A DNA stretch of 64,000 bases from Candidatus Moraniibacteriota bacterium (GCA_030679895.1 JAUXSN010000003.1:5517-69516), one strand, 5' to 3'. Counted from the first letter of the stretch, positions 18,248 through 26,923 are shown. Notes: generated from the sequence alone by a model not told the origin. Numbers and translations: made by a program.

Positions 18248-18290
18248 CCTAAGATCCGATCTTGGGAGCGTCCCAAGATCGGATCTTAGG
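18248..18290. repeat. CCTAA..TTAGG-type perfect palindromic hairpin (20-bp arms, gcg loop)
   Basis: cctaagatccgatcttggga-gcg-tcccaagatcggatcttagg between two plus-strand genes. Confidence 0.85.
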
Positions 18291-18302
18291 TGACTAAACA
18301 TA

Positions 18303-18839
18303 ATGCCCGACCAAGAAAAACTCCAAAAAATCAACGACCTCATCCAAAAAGTGGACGAGATGAAAAAACAGGACAAAATGGATCTTTCATCCGATCAGGA
18401 TCTCTCGATCGCGATTATGAATCTCGTCTCGATCGAAGAGCACTTCTTTTTCACGGGAGCCAAGACCGGAAAACCGGAATATTACGACCTACTCCAAGAA
18501 GTTCGTAAGATGAGAGGCGATTTACTAAGAAAAATTGTTAAAAATCCGGAAGGGGAAGTGTGGTGTATTTCAAAACACTTACTCGCCGCTTCGATGCGCC
18601 TCATGGAAGTCGGGACAAAACAGCAGGGAATGGGAAATAAAAAAGAAGCTTCGGAGCTTTTTGAAAAATCTTTTGATTGCTATTCACTCTTTTGGGGGTT
18701 GAATATGAATTTAGTAAAAACTGACGACATAAAAAAAATAGACGCCGATGCCGTCAATATTCACGACACCGAGAAGAAAGGTTTTTTGGGAAAACTGGGA
18801 GAACTGGTCCGGAAAGCGGTGGATTGCTGTTTGGAATAA
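18303..18839 (+). CDS. hypothetical protein
   Basis: 178 aa ORF followed by intrinsic terminator. Confidence 0.5.
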   Translation: MPDQEKLQKINDLIQKVDEMKKQDKMDLSSDQDLSIAIMNLVSIEEHFFFTGAKTGKPEYYDLLQEVRKMRGDLLRKIVKNPEGEVWCISKHLLAASMRLMEVGTKQQGMGNKKEASELFEKSFDCYSLFWGLNMNLVKTDDIKKIDADAVNIHDTEKKGFLGKLGELVRKAVDCCLE

Positions 18840-18868
18840 AAAAAGATTTTGGATATTTGCGCAATAAA

Positions 18869-18897
18869 CCCCGAAGCTAAGCTTCGGGGTTTTTCTT
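18869..18897 (+). terminator. rho-independent terminator (possibly bidirectional)
   Basis: ccccgaagc-taa-gcttcgggg followed by ttttcttatt. Confidence 0.7.
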
Positions 18898-18921
18898 ATT
18901 TCCGATTTCCAAGAAATGGAT

Positions 18922-19635
18922 TTATTGGTCGATGCCTTTTCTCCAAGGCCGGATCTCCCGCGCCCAAAAAATTCCTTCCTCTTTTTCTTCACCGATCACT
19001 TTTACTTCTTTCCCTATTCTGATAATAGCCGGTTCTTGCTCTATTGTTTCGCCATCCGCCTCAACCTGCCAAAAAGTCCCCTTGAAATCCTCAAGGCCGA
19101 AATTTTGCTCGTCCTTGATTTCAATAATTTTTCCACCCAGGAGCCCGATTGTCGGCTGATCCCAGATATCTTTGCGATGGCTGCAGCAGGCCGCCTTTTC
19201 GTAAAGAGGAACGCTTGAGATTGCAAAATCTTCAATTTTCTCTCCCACTCCCAATGTGTGAAGAAAGGTGCCCAAAATGACGCTCCCGGCTATGCTTAGA
19301 AGCAAAATTATATAGGTTTCATGGCGATAACCGTCCTTGGTATGCTTATAATTATAAAAGGCCAGCGCCAGAAATAAGATCAGAAATAAGATCCAAAGAT
19401 ACGGGATCGAAAGCATAATGTGCCCGACAACACTGGTATGAAGATATTTATAAAGATCCCAATCATTATTGAAGAAAACGTAGAGCATCGTGCAGAAGGC
19501 CAGGGATCCAATAAAAATTGAAACAATGAACATAGCCCAGGTAAAATAATTTTTCATAAGAAAACGCCAGCGGGGTTTCGGCGCGATTTTCTCTTCCTTG
19601 ATCTTCTCGATGACTTTTTTCCCGATCTCTCCCAT
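18922..19635 (-). CDS. membrane protein, putative anti-sigma factor partner
   Basis: 237 aa, TM segments after a short N-terminal region, immediately downstream of ECF sigma gene; function inferred from context only. Confidence 0.45.
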   Translation of the reverse strand: MGEIGKKVIEKIKEEKIAPKPRWRFLMKNYFTWAMFIVSIFIGSLAFCTMLYVFFNNDWDLYKYLHTSVVGHIMLSIPYLWILFLILFLALAFYNYKHTKDGYRHETYIILLLSIAGSVILGTFLHTLGVGEKIEDFAISSVPLYEKAACCSHRKDIWDQPTIGLLGGKIIEIKDEQNFGLEDFKGTFWQVEADGETIEQEPAIIRIGKEVKVIGEEKEEGIFWAREIRPWRKGIDQ

Positions 19636-19645
19636 ATATTTTTGG

Positions 19646-20230
19646 CTAGAAATTAAATTCTTTTCCGGCGCTGATGTCTTTGAATTGCTTTTTGGCGCGG
19701 TTGATCAGCGTTGCCACTGTTCCCAGCGGCTTTTCTAAAATGTCCGATATTTCTTTATAGTCTTTTCCTTCCAAAAATTTGAGAACGATGACTTCCCTAT
19801 ATTTTTCGTCCAGCTGGCTGATGATGCCTCTTACTTCTTCGCCCGTAAACTTCCGCTCCGTGTCCCTGGCTAGATCCTCATCGGTCGCGATAAACTTCAA
19901 AAAGTCCTCATCGGCCTCAAACTTTAGTACCTGTGGGCGAGTCTTAGACTTTCGCCAGTGGCTGATCACCTGGTTGTGCGAAATCCGATATATCCAGGAA
20001 GAAAACTTGAGTTTTTGATCAAAAGCATTGAGATTACGATATACTTTGACAAAGATCTCCTGGAGGAGGTCTTCGGCATCTTCCCGAGTCACGGCCGAGA
20101 TCCGCATTATATAGCGCAAAAGTTTTTCTTCATAGCGATCCACCAGGCACGAAAAAAAATCCTGATTTTTGAGGGTCAGGGCGACCAATTCTTCGTCGGT
20201 TTTTTCATCGCAGTTGTTTTTGTCGAGCAT
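19646..20230 (-). CDS. RNA polymerase sigma-70 factor, ECF subfamily
   Basis: 194 aa; region 2 (LLQEIFVKVYRNLNAFD...FSSWIYRISHNQVISHWRK) and region 4 (REVIVLKFLEGKDYKEISDILEKPLGTVATLINRAKKQF). Confidence 0.8.
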   Translation of the reverse strand: MLDKNNCDEKTDEELVALTLKNQDFFSCLVDRYEEKLLRYIMRISAVTREDAEDLLQEIFVKVYRNLNAFDQKLKFSSWIYRISHNQVISHWRKSKTRPQVLKFEADEDFLKFIATDEDLARDTERKFTGEEVRGIISQLDEKYREVIVLKFLEGKDYKEISDILEKPLGTVATLINRAKKQFKDISAGKEFNF

Positions 20231-20238
20231 CCATTTTT

Positions 20239-20281
20239 CCTAACATCGAATGTTAGGAGCGTCCTAACATTCGATGTTAGG
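20239..20281. repeat. CCTAA..TTAGG-type perfect palindromic hairpin (20-bp arms, gcg loop)
   Basis: cctaacatcgaatgttagga-gcg-tcctaacattcgatgttagg between beta-propeller gene and ECF sigma gene. Confidence 0.85.
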
Positions 20282-20295
20282 AAGTGCTCCGAACT

Positions 20296-22368
20296 TTATA
20301 ATTCCAGCTCCCCCACCCTTTCCCAATTATTTTCATCCAGAACGATTATTTTATCCTCTCCAATTACGTACAAGAGATCATTGATATATAACGCTCTTTT
20401 GGCTTGGATATCGGCGACGGTCTTCACAAGTTTTAATTGGTTGTTCGCGTAAGAGAAAATATATCCGCCTTTTGATCCCGGCAGGAAGAAAACCTGGTGT
20501 TTTTTGTCCAAGAGAAAAGCGTGATGAGTCGCGGAAATTTCGGAATAGTATTCATCGAGATTATATTTTGAAATTTCCCTCGGATTTTCGGGAGAGCTGA
20601 CGTCAAACAAGCTGACTTTCACTTGATTATTTTCCTCGCCGATACCGAGAATTTTGTCTTTTGTGATCGGATGAAGATACGATGAATATCCGGGAATCTT
20701 GAGTTCGCCTGATTTTTTCGGATTTTGCGGATCAGAGAGATCCAAAACAAAAAACGGATCAATCTGCCGGAAAGTGACAAGATACCCCTTGTCTTCGATA
20801 AAGCGAGCCGAATAAATTTTTTCCTCAAGGCCCAGATCCGTTACGGCTCCTGCCAGGCGCAATTCCTTGTCGAGAACATAAACATCGTTGGCGCTGTCCC
20901 GCGTTCCGCCGAAACCAAAACCCCACCAGCCTTGCCCGACTGTGGTTGCGATTCGCAAATGATTCTCATATTCATCGAGTGAAAACTGATTCAAGGGCTT
21001 CCCGGCTACCGCGCCACTCGCTTCGATATTCAAATTATCCACCGCTATTTTCACTATTCCCGTCCGCTCCAAATCCCTTTTATGCCCGGAAAAATATTTT
21101 TCCATGCGGTTCCTCAATTCATTTTCCATTTTCATTTTTTCATCATTGCTCAAAGAATTTTGGTAATGCTCCAGTATTTCCGAAAACTCCGTCATCTTGG
21201 CGCTGGCTCCAATGTCATAATTTTTCAGTTTTTCAATCTTATCGAGCACACTTCCGGGAATCAGATCGTTGTTTTCCTTAAAAAAATCAAAGGAAAATTT
21301 AATGAAATCACCCGGATAATAATAAGTGAGAAAAATAGAATCCGGCGACATATAAACCACCGACTCGCTGGACGATCCCAGGAATGTGGTCGTATCTTTG
21401 GCTTCCCCGGTTGCGGCGTCTAATGCTGTAACTGTATAAGTCACATCTGCTGGAACGAGCGTTGCCGGGTGATAAACTTCAATGCAGCCGATCGACAAGC
21501 TCTTTCCGTTGATGGACATCGGCTCAATCGGACAGGGACGATTTTCATCGATTGTTTTTTTGGTAACGATATAAATCTTGTCGCCGGTCAGCCTGGCCGC
21601 GACCAGCTCGTTATTTTCCTTGAGATCCGCGTTCCATTTTTCTTTGGGAGATTTCGGATCGCTTACGTCATAACCGATGATTTTCCTTGGCTGATTCCCG
21701 TAATAATTATTCTCCGGAAGTATCGCCAGAATATTGTCCTTGAGCAAAAGATTGCCGCTTTTTTCAATTTTTCCTTCGATTTCCAGATCCTTGAGCGGAA
21801 AGGCCCTTATATTTTTCGTGGCTCCTGATTGTTGCGGCGGAATTGCACATCCCCCTTTTTCATCAGGAATGCACCGTGCGGTGTCTCTCATCAGCGGCAT
21901 TATTCCTGATCTCGGCGAAGAATAATAAATTTCCTTGCCGTCCGTTTTCACAATATCCGGTTCGTCGATACCCGCCACCTGAACATTGGTTTCGGAAACC
22001 CGTTCTGGTCCTCCGCCGCCGCGGCCATCAGCTGTTTTTTGGCTCAATCCTGTCGCCGCGGGCAAATTTATTTCCGCCATTGGCGCGAGTTGCGTCCCGC
22101 TCATTCCGCCCAGCATCCGGGAAGCGCTGAAGTCTGAAAGATCCCGGCTTTTTTCCAGATAATTTTTGAAATCCGATTCGGAAGAAAAATGCTGGATGCT
22201 CGTCAGTCCGCCAAATTGAGAAGGTGAAGATTGAGAAGAAATATTCGGTTTGAATCCGTCCGGAAGCGGAAATTGAAAATTGCTAAGGCCAATGAGAACC
22301 AGGGTCGCGATTATTCCCACCGCCGCGATGATCGCGACAGCGTGATTGAAGCGAATTTCTTTGTTCAT
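20296..22368 (-). CDS. membrane-anchored beta-propeller-domain protein (PF09826-like) co-transcribed with ECF sigma
   Basis: 690 aa; N-terminal TM (AVAIIAAVGIIATLVLIGL); C-terminal repeated blade-like segments; family recalled as commonly linked to ECF sigma/anti-sigma pairs. Confidence 0.5.
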   Translation of the reverse strand: MNKEIRFNHAVAIIAAVGIIATLVLIGLSNFQFPLPDGFKPNISSQSSPSQFGGLTSIQHFSSESDFKNYLEKSRDLSDFSASRMLGGMSGTQLAPMAEINLPAATGLSQKTADGRGGGGPERVSETNVQVAGIDEPDIVKTDGKEIYYSSPRSGIMPLMRDTARCIPDEKGGCAIPPQQSGATKNIRAFPLKDLEIEGKIEKSGNLLLKDNILAILPENNYYGNQPRKIIGYDVSDPKSPKEKWNADLKENNELVAARLTGDKIYIVTKKTIDENRPCPIEPMSINGKSLSIGCIEVYHPATLVPADVTYTVTALDAATGEAKDTTTFLGSSSESVVYMSPDSIFLTYYYPGDFIKFSFDFFKENNDLIPGSVLDKIEKLKNYDIGASAKMTEFSEILEHYQNSLSNDEKMKMENELRNRMEKYFSGHKRDLERTGIVKIAVDNLNIEASGAVAGKPLNQFSLDEYENHLRIATTVGQGWWGFGFGGTRDSANDVYVLDKELRLAGAVTDLGLEEKIYSARFIEDKGYLVTFRQIDPFFVLDLSDPQNPKKSGELKIPGYSSYLHPITKDKILGIGEENNQVKVSLFDVSSPENPREISKYNLDEYYSEISATHHAFLLDKKHQVFFLPGSKGGYIFSYANNQLKLVKTVADIQAKRALYINDLLYVIGEDKIIVLDENNWERVGELEL

Positions 22369-22460
22369 TTTTTTAGTTTAAAATTCAATCATTTAGTCAT
22401 TGAAAATTCTGCTCATATTATCTCACAAAATCCCTTTCCTCGCCAGCAGAAATTTTGTAT

Positions 22461-22691
22461 TTAGTTACAAGCATAAAGACACGGATCGAGCCAACCCGAA
22501 AGTTCCGCTTTTGACTGGACGTAGCCCAGAATATTGACGCCGGCGCCTTTATGGATTCCCAGATGCAAGTGTTTGCGTTCTCCGTCCGTTTCCGCGCCAT
22601 AGGCTTTGCCCAAAATTCCAATCGCTTCTCCTTGCGTCAGAGTGTCGCCCGTACTTTTCTTAATGCCGGCTAATTTGAGATGGCCGTTTAT
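22461..22691 (-). pseudogene. remnant of M23 family peptidase (C-terminal ~75 aa only)
   Basis: Stop-to-stop frame without start: INGHLKLAGIKKSTGDTLTQGEAIGILGKAYGAETDGERKHLHLGIHKGAGVNILGYVQ... matches M23 signature (GxxVxxGxxIGxxGxTG...HLHfei). Confidence 0.35.
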
Positions 22692-22703
22692 TTACCCGAG
22701 AGC

Positions 22704-23786
22704 TTAGCTCTTGGGTTCTTGCAAACTTTCCTTTATTTCTTGCGCCAAATTCTGGTTCCACATCGCGCCGGTCGCGCTCATCACTGCGTCCGCTCCGGCT
22801 TCGCGGTATTTTTTGAAATCATCCGCGCTCGAAACTCCGCCTACACCGACAATCGCGAATTTCATTCCAAGTTCCTCGCGCAGCTCCGCAAGCCGTCCTG
22901 TCATATCAAGTCCCGCCCATTTGATCGCCTCTCCGCAAACGCCGCTCACCAACCGGCCTTCTCCCGGCAAAGCTTGCTCGCCATTCTTATCCCGCACCGC
23001 TGAGCCGATTGTATTAATGGCCGAAATTCCGTCAACTATATTCCCAACGTCTTGAAGCAGTTTTTTAAGCGCCTCTTGATTTTCATAATAGGCCATCTTG
23101 ATGACGAGCGGAGTGTTTCCAATCTCATTTTTGATCGCTTCGCTCACTCTTTGCACCATCGCCATATCGAAACACATAAGATGCGCCGTACCCTCGTTCG
23201 GACAGGAAAAATTCACTTCGAGAATTTTCGCGCCGGTTTCTTTGACCAGCCGCGCCGCCAAAACAAAATCGGAAACGAAAGCGTCAACATTTCCGTCCCC
23301 TTTTTTTGTTCCCTGAAAACTGCCGACAACGACTTGGCCGTTTCCAGCGTAAGCTACCGCATCCGCGAGATCCTTTTGCCAGATTTCCACGTCAAAAGAA
23401 GGAACACCAAAAGAATTGGTGATTGAAAGCGGCGTTTCGTAATTGTCTTTTGATATTATCCCTTTTTGGGCTTGCTCAAGGGTCAAATCGCCCTTGAGAT
23501 CCACTGCCACAACATTCGGAAAATCGTTGCAGGGATGGGCTTGGGTGCGAACGGTTTTATACACCGCGATGTCAAAGCCGCTGTCAAGCGCCGCTTTCAC
23601 GAATTTTCCATTGAGCAGCGGACCGGCCGGAATGCCAAACGGGAAAAATACTTTATTCCCCAAAAAACTATATTTCGGCTCACTCTGATTTTGATATTTT
23701 TCCGGCTTCTGAAAATCACCGAACGGCCCTTTTTCATAATTTTCCTCGTACGATTTTTTCGGATCATAAAACGGTTCGCGAATCAT
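22704..23786 (-). CDS. dihydroorotate dehydrogenase family (class 1 PyrD-like) TIM-barrel flavoprotein
   Basis: 360 aa; ...LVIKMAYYENQ..., GISAINTIGS, AIVGVGGVSSADDFKKYREAGADAVMSATG. Confidence 0.65.
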   Translation of the reverse strand: MIREPFYDPKKSYEENYEKGPFGDFQKPEKYQNQSEPKYSFLGNKVFFPFGIPAGPLLNGKFVKAALDSGFDIAVYKTVRTQAHPCNDFPNVVAVDLKGDLTLEQAQKGIISKDNYETPLSITNSFGVPSFDVEIWQKDLADAVAYAGNGQVVVGSFQGTKKGDGNVDAFVSDFVLAARLVKETGAKILEVNFSCPNEGTAHLMCFDMAMVQRVSEAIKNEIGNTPLVIKMAYYENQEALKKLLQDVGNIVDGISAINTIGSAVRDKNGEQALPGEGRLVSGVCGEAIKWAGLDMTGRLAELREELGMKFAIVGVGGVSSADDFKKYREAGADAVMSATGAMWNQNLAQEIKESLQEPKS

Positions 23787-23812
23787 AAGTTTTTTGTTAT
23801 AAATTATTTTTC

Positions 23813-24376
23813 CTAAAAATCATAAACATAAATTTTTCGGACAAGAAATAATTTGGACCGTCCCAGTTCTATTATGCCGGAGGGCTCCTTTATTTTCAAG
23901 GGAAAAGAACAGGTGACCAGGCGCGTTCCCGGAGAAAGCTCCCTTTCGAATTTCTCTTCAAGCTTCTCCATTTGCCTGGGCATCAGATAGGTGAAAACGT
24001 GCGTGGCTTTTGAAAAATCCGCGCCAAAAAAATTTTTCCTGAAAATTTTTATGGAACGATATTTTTTCGTCTTCAACATTCTGATCCAGGCCAGAAGAAA
24101 AATTGATAAATTTATCTCATATCCGACATATTTTGCTTTCGGCTGTGTCCTCAAGCAAGCCATCAGCACCTTCCCGTCTCCACAGCCGAGATCATACACT
24201 ACACTGTTTTCCCCAATTTCCAGCGCTTTTGTTATTTCGGACATAACCACCGATGGAACCGGAACAAAAGGAGCGTCTCCCCGGAGTAGCCTGTAATAAG
24301 AAAAAAAGAAGGAATAAATCAAGAAAAAGACTACCAAGAAAATGAAGAACATGAATAACAAAAGGAAAAATTCCAT
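23813..24376 (-). CDS. class I SAM-dependent methyltransferase
   Basis: 187 aa; N-terminal TM; motif I VVYDLGCGDGKVL. Confidence 0.6.
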   Translation of the reverse strand: MEFFLLLFMFFIFLVVFFLIYSFFFSYYRLLRGDAPFVPVPSVVMSEITKALEIGENSVVYDLGCGDGKVLMACLRTQPKAKYVGYEINLSIFLLAWIRMLKTKKYRSIKIFRKNFFGADFSKATHVFTYLMPRQMEKLEEKFERELSPGTRLVTCSFPLKIKEPSGIIELGRSKLFLVRKIYVYDF

Positions 24377-24408
24377 TTTTATTTGTAAATAGAGATTATT
24401 TTTATTTT

Positions 24409-24479
24409 TCGGGCTGCTGGGAATCGAACCCAGCCTACAAGACCCCCAGCCTTGCGTACTACCAATATACTACAGCCCG
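24409..24479 (-). tRNA. tRNA-Pro (anticodon GGG)
   Basis: Manual fold of CGGGCTGTAGTATATTGGTAGTACGCAAGGCTGGGGGTCTTGTAGGCTGGGTTCGATTCCCAGCAGCCCGA: 7-bp acceptor, D-arm GTAT/GTAC with GG, anticodon stem CAAGG/TCTTG, loop CTGGGGG (GGG, G37), T-arm CTGGG-TTCGATT-CCCAG; CCA not encoded. Confidence 0.85.
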
Positions 24480-24512
24480 ATATCTGCAGACGTCGGACGT
24501 CTACAAAAAATT

Positions 24513-24704
24513 CTACGATTTGGATTTCAAATTTTTATTTTCTTCTTCCAATTCGTGAACTTTATCAGCGAATGCATCCAGTATCTGCGCGCGAGAATGA
24601 ATTTTTTCTGCAATATCTTCCAATTCTCTTGATTTTATTCTGATATCCTCCCTGTAGTCGTCGATATCCTTTGCAATTTGTTTTACCGAGTCTCTAAAGC
24701 TCAT
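24513..24704 (-). CDS. small coiled-coil protein (hypothetical)
   Basis: 63 aa from internal ATG (MSFRDSVKQIAKDIDDYRED...EEENKNLKSKS); longer 126 aa ORF has implausible N-terminus. Confidence 0.25.
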   Translation of the reverse strand: MSFRDSVKQIAKDIDDYREDIRIKSRELEDIAEKIHSRAQILDAFADKVHELEEENKNLKSKS

Positions 24705-24798
24705 ATTTTTTCTTTTAATTATTATTAAAACTAAATAAAATTTAGCATAGCGAAAAGAAAAAGGAAAGACACCGCGTTGGGTGGCTTCCCTCTTCTCA

Positions 24799-25047
24799 TC
24801 AGCAAAGTTTGCAGCGCCCGCTGGACGCTGATCGCAAATGATATTGCTTCTTAGGCTTTTCCTCCTGGCATCTTTCGGAATGCGGACATTCAAGGCAATT
24901 TGTCGTCAATTCACGACCCGGTAAATCTTTGGAAATCTTTAGAAAAACATTAGCCAGGGCTCCCGACAATCCAATCCCGAAGCCGCTAAACACATCCATA
25001 AAATATTCTTTCAACAGTCTGCAATCTTTCGGCGGTATTTCTTTCAT
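24799..25047 (-). CDS. hypothetical Cys-containing small protein
   Basis: 82 aa from ATG preceded by AAGGGAG SD (track ORF uses upstream GTG); CLECPHSERC...CKLC. Confidence 0.35.
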   Translation of the reverse strand: MKEIPPKDCRLLKEYFMDVFSGFGIGLSGALANVFLKISKDLPGRELTTNCLECPHSERCQEEKPKKQYHLRSASSGRCKLC

Positions 25048-25271
25048 TGCGGCTCCCTTTGATTTTTTCACGTTGTGAAAAATAAAAAAACCGACTCAAT
25101 GTTGCCGAGCCGGTTTTGGATTCAAGGTTGATTCACTTAAACGCAAAACTGACGCGACAACTTCAGTCGGATAATAATGCTAATAATGGTTATAAAGATA
25201 TTTTTGCGGTTCATTGTTGTCTATTATACGTATTATCGAAAATTGGTCAAGTCTTAAGATTTATACGCAAT

Positions 25272-25296
25272 AAAAAAAGAGGAGTTTCTACTCCTC
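25272..25296 (-). terminator. rho-independent terminator (minus strand)
   Basis: minus-strand reading: gaggag-tagaaa-ctcctc followed by ttttttt. Confidence 0.6.
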
Positions 25297-25392
25297 AGGA
25301 AAGGTTGGCGCCACCGCGCCTGGTTGCCTTCCCCTCGAATTCATAGCGATTGGCTATGTCCGAAAAATTTTTAGGCCTTGCGATTGTTACGC

Positions 25393-25578
25393 TTAGACCT
25401 GTTCTAACTCTTGAAGCCAGGAAAGGTGTTCTTCACCCACCGACTCGCCTCCCCCAACCGGCCCGACTAACGGCCGCCCAAATCTTGAATATGAAGCTCC
25501 TCCTGCTCCGCCATCCGTTTGGCCGCCGCATACGTCAGCCTCGCCCGCTTCCACGCCTTCCTGTTCCGTTCCTGTCAT
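25393..25578 (-). CDS. small acidic Gly-rich protein (hypothetical) within GC-rich island
   Basis: 61 aa MTGTEQEGVEAGEADVCGGQTDGGAGGASYSRFGRPLVGPVGGGESVGEEHLSWLQELEQV; perfect SD AAGGAGG 5 nt upstream of ATG; hairpin upstream, intrinsic terminator downstream; GC-richness explained by GGN/GCN/GAR codons; alternatively region is a structured RNA. Confidence 0.3.
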   Translation of the reverse strand: MTGTEQEGVEAGEADVCGGQTDGGAGGASYSRFGRPLVGPVGGGESVGEEHLSWLQELEQV

Positions 25579-25981
25579 CAGTTCCTCCTTCGCGCCGTTG
25601 CGCGGTTAAATTTATAAACAGTTAGCCGCCGCCGGAAAAAGACTCCAGGTTCCTTCCAAATCCAGGGAATTCCAGACTCTGCCCCTGCAAAATCTACAGT
25701 AGGCGTCCAGCTTATCTTCGGCTTGAAAATGAACTATTTTCCCTTTTTGGGACACAAATCTTCCCTCCCCTGAAAATAAAAATCTCGGCTTTTTCGCCGA
25801 GCAGAGGATTCTATCTTTATATCTGAACTTACTTAATTGGCGATCTTATCAAATACTCTGCTTAGCGAAAAACTGGCTCCCACTAGGAGGAGGGTAAACA
25901 CCAGCACCAGCTGAATCAGCATATTTTTCGTTAAGCTTATTTCCATACCATTTTCTAAGGTAGTTTATTTGCCAATATTCG

Positions 25982-26923
25982 TCAAGGGCGGTTGTGGAAA
26001 ACCGATGCCGCCGCGCCCAAAAGCGGCGCATTTTCGCCTAAAGCGGTGATTTCTAGCTTTGGCAATCGCAAGAATTTATCTATATTTTTTTTCGCATATT
26101 TAAGCGCTAAATCACCGTTATTCAGCGCCACCGCCCCACCCAAAACAATGATTTCCGGATCATAGGCCGCGACGACATTTGATATCCCCCGCCCGTTGAT
26201 TTTTCCCAGTTCTTCCATGAATTGCAGGGCAACTTTATCTTTTTTCCGCGCCGCGTCGAAAATATCTTTCGCCGCACTTGGAAACTTAGTTTCCAAGTGA
26301 TTTTTTTTCGTCCAAATTCTGAAAAATTTCGGGATATTGTTTCCCGAAGCGTAAGCTTCCCAGTGGCCGCGTCCTTTTCCGCAGGTGCAGGGCAGATTAT
26401 ATTCGGTATCAACTGTCATATGTCCGATTTCCGCCGCATTCCCGTTTTTTCCAAGAAGTAAATTTCCATTGACAATCGCTCCCCCGCCAATTCCGGAAGA
26501 AATTGTGATATAAACCAAATTGGAAAATTTCTTTCCCGCGCCAAAATATTTTTCTCCCAGCGCGCCCGCATTGCAATCATTTATGAAAAGAATTGGCAAT
26601 CCAAATGCTTTTTTAAGCGGCTCTATGATCGGAATAAACTTATACTTAATATTCGGCGTATTCACAATAGCGCCTTTTTTAAAGTCAATTGGACCAACTG
26701 CGCTCACTCCGATTCCTTTGAATTTTTTGATGCCATATCCGCTGATTAATTTCTTTATCTCATCGATCACTTGAATAGTGACAGTATTTCCGCTTTCCCC
26801 TTTTTGAATAGTCTTTGCGGAATTTTTCGCGATTATTTTTCCTTTTTCATCAACAATCGCCGTCCGCATATTCGTCCCGCCGATGTCAATCGCAATCGCC
26901 AAATTATTTGCTTTTTTTGCCAT
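25982..26923 (-). CDS. ROK family glucokinase/sugar kinase
   Basis: Start taken at MAKKANNLAIAIDIGGTNMR (DxGGT); CTCGKGRGHWEAYASG zinc motif; AAEIGHMTVD; upstream part of 362 aa track ORF lacks homology. Confidence 0.8.
   Translation of the reverse strand: MAKKANNLAIAIDIGGTNMRTAIVDEKGKIIAKNSAKTIQKGESGNTVTIQVIDEIKKLISGYGIKKFKGIGVSAVGPIDFKKGAIVNTPNIKYKFIPIIEPLKKAFGLPILFINDCNAGALGEKYFGAGKKFSNLVYITISSGIGGGAIVNGNLLLGKNGNAAEIGHMTVDTEYNLPCTCGKGRGHWEAYASGNNIPKFFRIWTKKNHLETKFPSAAKDIFDAARKKDKVALQFMEELGKINGRGISNVVAAYDPEIIVLGGAVALNNGDLALKYAKKNIDKFLRLPKLEITALGENAPLLGAAASVFHNRP

Noticed and set aside
22418-22621. 67-aa minus-strand ORF
   Set aside because: Overlaps the M23 remnant in another frame. No SD and no features.
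24481-24505. cagacgtc-ggacgtctg hairpin upstream of tRNA-Pro
   Set aside because: No U-tract. Possibly part of the tRNA promoter or processing context, but unsupported.
25350-25625. 91-aa plus-strand ORF in the GC-rich island
   Set aside because: Pro/Arg/Leu-rich low-complexity product. Opposite strand to the terminator and to the SD-bearing small ORF.
25270-25720. Specific identification as tmRNA, RNase P RNA or SRP RNA
   Set aside because: - No GGUUCGAnUCC T-arm or tag ORF for tmRNA.
- Candidate P4 strands are only about 140 nt apart, too close for RNase P.
- There is only a weak GGAAG..AGCAG resemblance to SRP domain IV.
- The region is left as unidentified pending a covariance-model search.
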